Shown here one piece after another: positions 56,156-64,000 of a DNA stretch of 64,000 bases (position 1 is the first letter of the stretch; each line of letters starts with the position of its first letter). The stretch is taken from contig BTVY01000028.1 of the NCBI GenBank assembly GCA_045863335.1, positions 34,009 through 98,008 on the forward strand, given 5' to 3'. The notes beneath the pieces were generated by a model, which worked only from the letters and a program-made list of their open reading frames with translations, had not been told where the DNA came from and did not search any database. The DNA is from Candidatus Hydrogenedentota bacterium. Its GTDB lineage: Bacteria > Hydrogenedentota > Hydrogenedentia > Hydrogenedentales > SLHB01. The position numbers and the translations under genes are program-made.

Positions 56156-57997
56156 ATGTATCGCAAGTTGTCGACCGCGATCATCTCCACATTCGTTGTC
56201 TCCGTGATGCTCTTCACGGCCGCCTTCGCCCAGGAGGCATCCACGAGGGAAGCGGTAGCGCCCGGCCATCCCGAGTGGTGCGTGTATTTCACCACCGGAT
56301 CGGTGAAACAGATTGCCGACGATTCGGATGAGATGGCGTTGGCGATCTCGCGGATGCGCGACCTGGGCGTGACGAAGGCGTATCTGGAAGTCTATCGCGG
56401 CGAAGTCGTGCCCCCGGAAACGTTGATCGCCGCGCGGGACGCCCTGCGCGCGGAAGGATTCGCCGTCGCCGCCGGCATCGCCACGGTGCCGGGCGGCGGT
56501 TACGGCGTACGCCAGGAAGGCCCCTTGGACTGGTTCAACTGGCAGAATCCGAAAACACAGCACGACATGCGCGAAGTCACCACGATGGCGGCAGGCATCT
56601 TCGATGAGTTCATCGTGGACGATTTCTACTGCACCGGCGACGTAAGCGAGGAATCGCACCAAGCCAAAGGCGATCGTTCGTGGTCCGACTACCGGCGCGA
56701 TCTGCTCGTGAAACTTGCCTCGTCAATCTTCATCGAGCCCGCCAAGGCGGTCAATCCCGACATCACCATGGTCATCAAGTATCCCCAGTGGTACGACAAG
56801 TTCCACGAGCACGGCTACGACGTGGCCCGGGAATCGCCCCTCTTCGACAAGGTCTGGGTCGGCACGGAAACGCGTGGCGCGAATACGCAACGCTTTGGTT
56901 TTACGCAGGCCTACATGGGCTTTGTGAACTACCGGTGGATCGCGTCCGTCGCCGGCGACAAAATGTCCGGCGCGTGGTTCGATCACGGCGATTGCGACGC
57001 CATCGACTTCGTGGATCAGGCCTACCAGAGTGTGCTCGCGGGCGCACCCGCCATTATGATCTTCAGCTACGGCGCCGTGCGCGGGGGTCATCCCGGTCAC
57101 CCCCTCCTCGTGGAGGCGCAGCCCCAACTGAAACAACTCGCCGATGCCGTGGCCCAACACCCCGTCGTAGGCGTCGCGGCCTTAAAACCGCCCAACAGCC
57201 CCGCCGGGAGTGATATGTTCATTATGGACACGATCGGCATGCTGGGCGTGCCGCTGGTGCCCGTATCGGCGTGGCCGGAGAATGCGGAAGTCGTGTTCCT
57301 TCCCACCCAAGCCGCTGCAGAACCTTCGTTGGCCGCGCAGGTTCAGAGCGCCCTGGAAGCCGGAAAGACCATCGTGATGACACCGGGATTGCTGGCCGCG
57401 TCGGCGGATGCCGAGGCATTGGCGCAACTGGCCGGGGTGAGTGCGCCCGTGTCGGCAGAGGCCCTATCCGCCGCCACCGTATCCGTTGACGGCGAAGCGT
57501 TCCCCTTGTATCGGCCGCTGGATCTAGGGTCGAGCCTCGAACTTGCTGGCGCCGAAGCGATGTTGACCGCCGAGGTTGACGGCCAGGAAGTCCCCCTGCT
57601 CACCCGCAGGGAGATCGACAAGGCGCGGGTCTTCGTGCTCAACATCCGCACCTACTCCCAAGCCGACTACGACGCCGTAGACGAAGTCCTGCTCCCTCCC
57701 CACCCGCTCGGACTGCTCGAACTGCCGCGTCCGGTGGTGAACGCCCTCCGCGCCGCCTTCAACGCCCCCCTTGGGATCGCCTTCGACGCCGTCCCGCGAA
57801 TCACCCTGCAAACCCTCGCGGACGGTAGCGCAGTCGTACAGAACTATCACGACACCGAACAGGAAGTGGCTTTGACAATCGCGGACCCTGCAGCACTGAG
57901 CGACACCTGGAAAATTGTCGAGCCGAAGGTGGAAGGTGACACGGCCCAGTGGACCATGGCGCCCCGCTCTCGTGCGTGGCTGAATCGCGTTCGGTAG
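56156..57997 (+). CDS. Secreted hypothetical glycoside hydrolase-like protein (TIM barrel plus GH42-trimerisation-like domain)
   Basis: Signal peptide from ATG 56156; YLEVYR, FDEFIVDDFY, IKYPQWYD, VGTETR, GAWFD; fold assignment is inference. Confidence 0.55.
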   Translation: MYRKLSTAIISTFVVSVMLFTAAFAQEASTREAVAPGHPEWCVYFTTGSVKQIADDSDEMALAISRMRDLGVTKAYLEVYRGEVVPPETLIAARDALRAEGFAVAAGIATVPGGGYGVRQEGPLDWFNWQNPKTQHDMREVTTMAAGIFDEFIVDDFYCTGDVSEESHQAKGDRSWSDYRRDLLVKLASSIFIEPAKAVNPDITMVIKYPQWYDKFHEHGYDVARESPLFDKVWVGTETRGANTQRFGFTQAYMGFVNYRWIASVAGDKMSGAWFDHGDCDAIDFVDQAYQSVLAGAPAIMIFSYGAVRGGHPGHPLLVEAQPQLKQLADAVAQHPVVGVAALKPPNSPAGSDMFIMDTIGMLGVPLVPVSAWPENAEVVFLPTQAAAEPSLAAQVQSALEAGKTIVMTPGLLAASADAEALAQLAGVSAPVSAEALSAATVSVDGEAFPLYRPLDLGSSLELAGAEAMLTAEVDGQEVPLLTRREIDKARVFVLNIRTYSQADYDAVDEVLLPPHPLGLLELPRPVVNALRAAFNAPLGIAFDAVPRITLQTLADGSAVVQNYHDTEQEVALTIADPAALSDTWKIVEPKVEGDTAQWTMAPRSRAWLNRVR

Positions 57998-58010
57998 TGT
58001 AGCGCGGCCC

Positions 58011-59888
58011 CTAGTCTTTCCCGCGCATCTTGCGCCACAGCTTTTTGATGGGATTGTTGGTCTCGCCAGGTTCGTCTGCGGCAGGCGCGGGTGGCGGTGC
58101 GCTATCGATCACTGGCGCGGGCTCTTCAGTCACGGGGGCAGGAGCCTCCGTTTCTTGAGGTGCGGTTTTGGACTGTGCGATCTGCGCGAAGAACTCATCG
58201 CGCGGCGGCAGTTCGCCGGTCGCGTACAACTTCAACGATTGCCCCACGGAAAGCGAGTTGGCATTACGGATGCCGTTCCACCACTGCAAGTCGCCGACCG
58301 CCACGCCGTACTGTCCCGCAATCTTGGAAAGACTGTCGCCGGGTTGCACGACATGCTCGCGACCCGCCAGTTCCGCAGGGGGCGTCGCGGCGCCATCGAT
58401 CGCGGTCGTCTCTTCGGTGTCCGGGACGATGCCGTCAATTGCCGGCGCGGCAACGACCGAGACCGGTGCCATCATATCGGCTGCCACGAAGTCCGGAGCG
58501 GCCACGACATTCTCAGTTTGAGCGCGCCAGTCCATCTGAGCGAGGTGAATATACCATTGCGGCGCCGGTTCGACATTCCTGGGGATCGTAAGCGGACGAA
58601 CGCCCCCGCCCGCTGTGGCCAAGCCTTGCGCGGTCTCCGTGCCCGTATTTCCCGCCAACAGTGGCGAACTCGGCGGCGCGACTTGCGTGCCGATCGGTCC
58701 AGCCTGCTGCGTCGATGCCTCTCCATCGCCGCCGCCGCTAAACGCGGACACGACCATCATGATGGTCCCCGTCGCGAGGGCGATGAAAATCAGCAATCCA
58801 ATAGCCAGGGTCACCACGTTGCGCTTCCGGCGCACCAGCATACGCACGACCGTCGTGCCCGTCAGGCGCGTTTCCGCGTCCGCGAGAGGGCGCGGTCGCA
58901 TTGTGCTCGGCATGTCCTCCACCCGGGGCACGGTCCATTCGGCCGCGGCCACGCTGCCCGAGTGCGTCAGTTGCGCCTGGGCATGCAAAAGTTCGATCTG
59001 AAACGCCTTCACCGTCGGATACCGGTTCTTCGGGCGTTTCGCCAGCGCTTGCTGGAGTACGTCGGCCAGCACCGGCGGGATACGTCCCGGAGCAACGGCA
59101 TCCAACCGCGGGGCAGGAATGTTGACGTGCGCGTTCAAAACCTCCGTCAAGGTCCCGCGAAACGGCGGCGCCCCGGAGAACATCTGAAAGAGCAGGATGC
59201 CCATGGAGTACACGTCCGTGGCGGCCGAAATCTCGCCAAAGGTCCGGGAATCGATCTGTTCCGGCGCCATGTACAGCGGTGTTCCGGGACCGCCACTATC
59301 CGTCGTGGTCAATCGCGAAAGCTGTTCATCGTCCGCCAGGCGCGCGACGCCGAAGTCCATGAGCTTCGCCGAAACCTCGCCGGTCTCGGCATGGGTGATC
59401 ATGATATTCGACGGCTTGATGTCGCGATGAATGATCCCCTGCGCGTGTATGCGGGACAAGGCCTCCAGGCACTGCAACCCGATATCCAGCGATTTCCCAA
59501 CGGGAAGTGCAATGCCCTCCTCGCTGTTGCGCTCCAGGAGAGACTGAAGGGTCTCTCCCTCGACGTATTCCATGATGAGATGAATCTGATCGTTCGATTC
59601 GATACGGTCAAAGAGCGTGACGATGTGCGGGTGCGGCCCGACCTTGGCATGCAGAAGACACTCACGCTCGATGCGCTTGCGAAACTCCGGATCGCGCGAG
59701 AGTTCGGACTTCACCGACTTGATGGCAACGTGCCGGTGCAGTTTCGTGTCTTCCGCCAGGCATACGGAACCCATTGCCCCTGCGCCCAACGACGCGACGA
59801 AACGAAAGCGATCCGAATCCAGTGCCACTTGCGCGTCACCACTCCGGTTTCGCGAACCGGACACGGATGATGTGGAATCGGGTACCAT
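58011..59888 (-). CDS. Hanks-type Ser/Thr protein kinase with TM helix and C-terminal LysM domain
   Basis: LGAGAMGSV, VAIK, HRDIKPSN, DFG, GTPLYMAPEQ, DVYSMG; TM LAIGLLIFIALATGTIMMVV; LysM HVVQPGDSLSKIAGQYGVAVGDLQWWNGI...LSVGQSL. Confidence 0.92.
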   Translation of the reverse strand: MVPDSTSSVSGSRNRSGDAQVALDSDRFRFVASLGAGAMGSVCLAEDTKLHRHVAIKSVKSELSRDPEFRKRIERECLLHAKVGPHPHIVTLFDRIESNDQIHLIMEYVEGETLQSLLERNSEEGIALPVGKSLDIGLQCLEALSRIHAQGIIHRDIKPSNIMITHAETGEVSAKLMDFGVARLADDEQLSRLTTTDSGGPGTPLYMAPEQIDSRTFGEISAATDVYSMGILLFQMFSGAPPFRGTLTEVLNAHVNIPAPRLDAVAPGRIPPVLADVLQQALAKRPKNRYPTVKAFQIELLHAQAQLTHSGSVAAAEWTVPRVEDMPSTMRPRPLADAETRLTGTTVVRMLVRRKRNVVTLAIGLLIFIALATGTIMMVVSAFSGGGDGEASTQQAGPIGTQVAPPSSPLLAGNTGTETAQGLATAGGGVRPLTIPRNVEPAPQWYIHLAQMDWRAQTENVVAAPDFVAADMMAPVSVVAAPAIDGIVPDTEETTAIDGAATPPAELAGREHVVQPGDSLSKIAGQYGVAVGDLQWWNGIRNANSLSVGQSLKLYATGELPPRDEFFAQIAQSKTAPQETEAPAPVTEEPAPVIDSAPPPAPAADEPGETNNPIKKLWRKMRGKD

Positions 59889-60113
59889 CCCTCAAGCTCC
59901 AAAACCCACAGCCTTGACCAAACATACTACCAGCTTTACCATGTGTTGTCACAAGGATTTCACTGGTCCCGCAAATTGCGGGGTATACGGGGTTCGTCCG
60001 CCCGAAAAATTGCGCTGCCCGTCCGTCCTCGATAGAATGAATCCGCCGAAACCTCTTCCGGTTGCATCCGTTTCACACTTAGCTGTCTTACCTTTACAAC
60101 GGAGGACTCGACG

Positions 60114-60941
60114 TTGAACTATGAGCAGATTCTTTACGACGTAAGCGACTGGATCGCCACCATCACGCTGAACCGTCCCGATAAGCTGAACGCCTGGACC
60201 TTCAAAATGGAGGCCGAGTATAAGCACGCCATGGCCGACGCGGAACAACGGGACGACGTGCGAGTCATCATCGTCACCGGTGCGGGACGCGGATTCTGCG
60301 CGGGCGCCGACATGAGCCTGCTCTCCAGCGTCATGGGCGGCGAAGTCGATACGTCAGATCTGCAAGCACTGGAAGCGAGTCCGGGACGGGACGAGAAAGT
60401 CGCCGACGATTTCCGCAAGCAGTACACCTTCCCGCCAGCAGTCGGAAAGCCCATCATCGCGGCCGTGAACGGCCATGCCGTCGGGATTGGTCTCGTGCAT
60501 ACGCTCTATTGCGACATCCGCTTTGCGAGCAGCACGGCCAAATTCGGCACGGCCTTCGCCCAGCGCGGCCTCATTGCCGAACATGGCATCGCCTGGATTT
60601 TGCCGCGCATCGTCGGCCTGGAAAACGCCATGGACCTCTTGTTCACCGCGCGCATGATTGAAGCGGAGGAAGCCCAGGCCATGGGCTTGGTCAGCCGTGT
60701 CGTCGCGCCGGATGATCTGATGGACGCCGCGCGCGCCTATGCAACGCAACTGGCCACGCTCTCTTCGCCGCGCTCCATTCGCGTGATGAAGCGCCAAATC
60801 TGGGAGAGCCTGTTCACGCGTCTCGGCCCCGCAGTCGACGATGCCGTGACGGAGATGATGGAGAGCTTCGGCTGCGAAGATTTCCGGGAAGGCGTTCTTT
60901 CGTTCATGGAAAAGCGGCCGGCGAACTTCACCGGGAAATGA
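60114..60941 (+). CDS. Enoyl-CoA hydratase/isomerase (crotonase) family protein
   Basis: ITLNRPDKLNA, GRGFCAGAD, KPIIAAVNG, CDIR, DFREGV.SF.EKR.ANF.G; GGAGG before the TTG start. Confidence 0.92.
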   Translation: MNYEQILYDVSDWIATITLNRPDKLNAWTFKMEAEYKHAMADAEQRDDVRVIIVTGAGRGFCAGADMSLLSSVMGGEVDTSDLQALEASPGRDEKVADDFRKQYTFPPAVGKPIIAAVNGHAVGIGLVHTLYCDIRFASSTAKFGTAFAQRGLIAEHGIAWILPRIVGLENAMDLLFTARMIEAEEAQAMGLVSRVVAPDDLMDAARAYATQLATLSSPRSIRVMKRQIWESLFTRLGPAVDDAVTEMMESFGCEDFREGVLSFMEKRPANFTGK

Positions 60942-60946
60942 ACCGC

Positions 60947-61714
60947 TTACTTGGGCGGCATGCGCAATGCCCCGTCGAGCCGAATAGTTTCGCCGTTCAG
61001 CATGGAATTCTCGATGACGTGGCGCACCAGTGCCGCGAACTCAGAGGCCATGCCGAGGCGATTCGGAAATGGCACGTGAGTAACCAGATTCTGCCGGTTC
61101 TCTTCCGGAAGCGCCGCCAGCAAAGGCGTGTCGAACAGCCCCGGCGCGATGGTCACGACGCGAATCGCGTGCCGGGCAAGGTCCCGCGCCGCCGGCAAGG
61201 TCAATCCGACGACCCCCGCCTTGGACGCTGAGTACGCAATCTGCCCGATTTGGCCGTCGTACGCCGCCACAGACGCCGTGTTTACAATCACGCCCCGTTC
61301 GCCGTTCTCATCGGGTTCGTTTTGCGCCATGGTATGGGACGCGAGACGTAATACATTGAAAGTGCCGATTAGATTGATGTGAATCACTGTCTCAAACGCA
61401 TCCAGCGGGTGCGGTCCCATCTTGCTTAATGTCCGAATGGCCACACCAACGCCTGCGCAGTTGATCGCGCCATGCAAGGTGCCAAACCGGTCCGTGGTTG
61501 CCTGTATCGTCTTCTTCACATACGCTTCGCCGGTCACATCGGTGGGCGAAAACATCGCGCACTCACCGAGTTCACCCGCAACCGCGCGGCCCCGCTCTTC
61601 ATTGACGTCGGCGATCACGATGTTCGCGCCGAGTCCGGCCAGCAAACGGACGGTCCCTTCGCCCAGACCCGAGGCGCCTCCCGTGACCAAGAATGTCTTT
61701 CCTGCTACCTCCAT
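60947..61714 (-). CDS. 3-hydroxyacyl-CoA dehydrogenase type II (HSD17B10-like SDR)
   Basis: [52 protein letters not shown]. Confidence 0.92.
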   Translation of the reverse strand: MEVAGKTFLVTGGASGLGEGTVRLLAGLGANIVIADVNEERGRAVAGELGECAMFSPTDVTGEAYVKKTIQATTDRFGTLHGAINCAGVGVAIRTLSKMGPHPLDAFETVIHINLIGTFNVLRLASHTMAQNEPDENGERGVIVNTASVAAYDGQIGQIAYSASKAGVVGLTLPAARDLARHAIRVVTIAPGLFDTPLLAALPEENRQNLVTHVPFPNRLGMASEFAALVRHVIENSMLNGETIRLDGALRMPPK

Positions 61715-61735
61715 GTGGCGCTGCTCCTTTCTGCG

Positions 61736-62719
61736 TCAGGTGAGTGCGACGGGCGGTAAACCGACCTCAGCCGGCAGTTCCGCAATGCTATGTACCGATT
61801 CGCGCGGGTCGCTGGATAACCTGATCGTTACGGGTGTTTCGGCGTCATGTAGCGCAACGATCACAAGTTCGTTCTGCGCTCCCACCACCAGGCGGCCGTC
61901 ATCGAGTTGCATCAAGCCGCGCAGATATCGATCCCCAACAGCTATTCGTTCCCGTTCCGTGCCATCGATCGCATCGATCAAGACAATCTCACCGGACGGC
62001 GTGTCGTTGTGGATCATGTATCCGTCGGATAGAGCTACGTTGTGACGCGGCACGTCCGCATCGTCAAATATCAGGCTATCCCATCCAGCGGCGCCGCTGC
62101 GGGAAACCAACATCGAATGACTCTGACCATTCGCTTCGATGCGGCCCAGTGACAAGACCATTCTCCCCGCCGGATCGAAGGCGATTCCATTGAGATGAGT
62201 GCCGTCGCCCATGAACGAACTGTGACTTCGTGGATCGCGAAGGTCGGCGTGCTGCATCCACGATTCGTGGACGAGCGGGGACTGGACCTGTTCCATCAAT
62301 TCCTGCACGGGTTCCAGCGTGCGAACGTTGAGGCAATCGACCAGTCGGCCGTCTGGATGGAACTGAAACAACAAATCATTCCGAGTGGACGTGACCCAAA
62401 CAAACCCGTCGTGGACCGCAATGTCGTGAACATCCGCACACGCTGGATGACTCAGCACGTTTAGACACCGCCATTGAGCGTCGAACCGGTACACGGCGCT
62501 GAAGTTGGCGATATAGATCTCATCCCCATCCACAGCAACGCCCCTGCCGCCCCGCATACCGCCGCGCGGGTTCGGGTCGAGTTCGCGTAGCGGCGCCTCG
62601 ACCATCGGGCACCGTGCAAGCACGATGGCATCATCCACGTCCACGACATAGAGGTATCCCGAGGTTTCGTGGACCGCGCATTCACGCGTTATGGTGGTTA
62701 CGAGTACACGATGCATCAT
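61736..62719 (-). CDS. His-rich beta-propeller hypothetical protein (DUF4915-like)
   Basis: RGGRGVA, DVHDI, WVTSTRND, THLNGI, PRHNV, YLRGL repeats. Confidence 0.55.
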   Translation of the reverse strand: MMHRVLVTTITRECAVHETSGYLYVVDVDDAIVLARCPMVEAPLRELDPNPRGGMRGGRGVAVDGDEIYIANFSAVYRFDAQWRCLNVLSHPACADVHDIAVHDGFVWVTSTRNDLLFQFHPDGRLVDCLNVRTLEPVQELMEQVQSPLVHESWMQHADLRDPRSHSSFMGDGTHLNGIAFDPAGRMVLSLGRIEANGQSHSMLVSRSGAAGWDSLIFDDADVPRHNVALSDGYMIHNDTPSGEIVLIDAIDGTERERIAVGDRYLRGLMQLDDGRLVVGAQNELVIVALHDAETPVTIRLSSDPRESVHSIAELPAEVGLPPVALT

Positions 62720-63913
62720 CTATCCAATTGGCGGGTCCAATAATTCAAACGAAACCGTCGCCCCGCCGCGCACTTCACCGGACTCCGGATCAAAGCGAAT
62801 CAGCGCGTTTCCACGTGCCGCCGTATACATGTCTGCCGAACCCTTCCCTTTGCAAGGCAACACGTACCATTCGTTCGATTCATGCCGCGCCACGGCAAGC
62901 TGAAACACGGTGCGCGAACCTTTGATCGTCATTGAGTCCGTCAAAATGCCCCGCAACACCGGCCTCGGAGTGTCGATACCCATCATACGCCTCGCCGCGG
63001 GCGCGATGTATCGGTAAAAACCCAGATGACAGGATAACGGGTTGCCCGGCAATCCAAATATCAACTGCCGATCGCGAGTCGCGAATAACAGCGGTTTCCC
63101 CGGGCGCTGTGTCACCTTGTGAAAGATGGCTGTCGCGCCGAACTCGGCCAAGGCGTCGGGAACCCCATCGTACTTTCCCGCCGACACCGCGCCGCTGAGT
63201 ACGATGATGTCGGCATTCGCCGCAGATGTGAGACAATGCGACAGCGATTCCGGCGTATCTGTCGCGTGTGCCTGCGCCACTTCGGCGATACCGAGGTTGC
63301 GCGCCATCGCGCCGAGCATGATCCCGTTGGAATTGCGAATCTGCGCCGGCCCCGGTTCCACGTCGACAGGAACCAGTTCGTCGCCGGTCGTAATGATGGC
63401 CATGGAAGGCCGCGGATAGACGCTAACCACGGACCTCCCAAACGTCGCCGCGCACGCAATCGCAAGGGGAGTCAAGACGTCGCCTTGCTCCAGAACGGTC
63501 GCGCCCCGTTCGCATTCCACTCCGGTCGGCGCGATGTTTTTGCCGGCCGGAAGATCGGCTGGAAGGGAAACCGAATCGCCCTCCCGCTCGACGAGTTCCT
63601 TTTGGACCACCGCCTCGGTGCCTTCCGGACACGGCGCGCCGGTCATGATTTCGACCGCCATCCCGCCCGTCACACTCACGCTCGACGCCGTTCCCGCCGC
63701 GACTTCCCCTACTACCGGGACCGTCTTCCCCGCATCGCCGCATCGCACCGCATAGCCGTCCATCATCGCGCGAGGAAACGGCGGGTAATCGCGATCGGCA
63801 ATCAGCGAATCCGCGAGCACCAATCCGTTCGCATCCACAAGCGGACACGCGCGCGGCGCAAGTCGAGGCGTAGCGTCAAGCACCAGACGCAGCGCGGTAT
63901 CAGGATCGATCAT
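62720..63913 (-). CDS. moeA: Molybdopterin molybdotransferase
   Basis: PPF.RAMMDGYA, IMTGAP, TGDEL, IRNSN, SGAVSAGKYD, PGKP, GLPGNP; start set at MIDPD (63913). Confidence 0.95.
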   Translation of the reverse strand: MIDPDTALRLVLDATPRLAPRACPLVDANGLVLADSLIADRDYPPFPRAMMDGYAVRCGDAGKTVPVVGEVAAGTASSVSVTGGMAVEIMTGAPCPEGTEAVVQKELVEREGDSVSLPADLPAGKNIAPTGVECERGATVLEQGDVLTPLAIACAATFGRSVVSVYPRPSMAIITTGDELVPVDVEPGPAQIRNSNGIMLGAMARNLGIAEVAQAHATDTPESLSHCLTSAANADIIVLSGAVSAGKYDGVPDALAEFGATAIFHKVTQRPGKPLLFATRDRQLIFGLPGNPLSCHLGFYRYIAPAARRMMGIDTPRPVLRGILTDSMTIKGSRTVFQLAVARHESNEWYVLPCKGKGSADMYTAARGNALIRFDPESGEVRGGATVSFELLDPPIG

Positions 63914-64000
63914 GCGGTGCAAGAGTTGTACTCCGATCGAAAATAGGGACACCCATTAGGTGCTCTTTCGTCAAGTGGCAATGCTCTCTTGTTCGCAATC

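Overview
GC-rich bacterial chromosomal window. The DUF1559/H-X9-DG pseudopilin with an '[22 protein letters not shown]' start, many Tat/Sec-exported carbohydrate enzymes, paired URO-D paralogues and a Thr-type sulfatase suggest Candidatus Hydrogenedentota or a PVC-like lineage; this is inference only. About 47 CDSs are supportable. They include exported glycan- and phosphate-scavenging enzymes (1-19 kb, 30-38 kb), a ThDP enzyme-BASS-SDR operon, ilvC, a MarR gene followed by an MFS/acyltransferase/acyl-ACP synthetase fusion, an NSS transporter with a hidden 32-aa partner, a URO-D/rhamnose mutarotase/URO-D operon, DUF4331, an FMN-riboswitch-controlled ribD-ribE-ribBA-ribH-nusB operon, a LysM Ser/Thr kinase, beta-oxidation-type enzymes and moeA. 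No tRNA, rRNA, CRISPR array, transposase or integrase was recognised. The most notable unexplained signals are: (1) an orphan three-gene secreted cassette at 42.7-46.9 kb with a lower-GC first gene, an upstream poly-G tract and an internal stem-loop; (2) a dense, diverse set of REP/REPIN-like palindromes, with one family occupying every intergenic spacer of the rib operon; (3) URO-D-fold genes bracketing a sugar mutarotase with no corrinoid partner. All functional calls come from motif recognition by eye, with no database searches.
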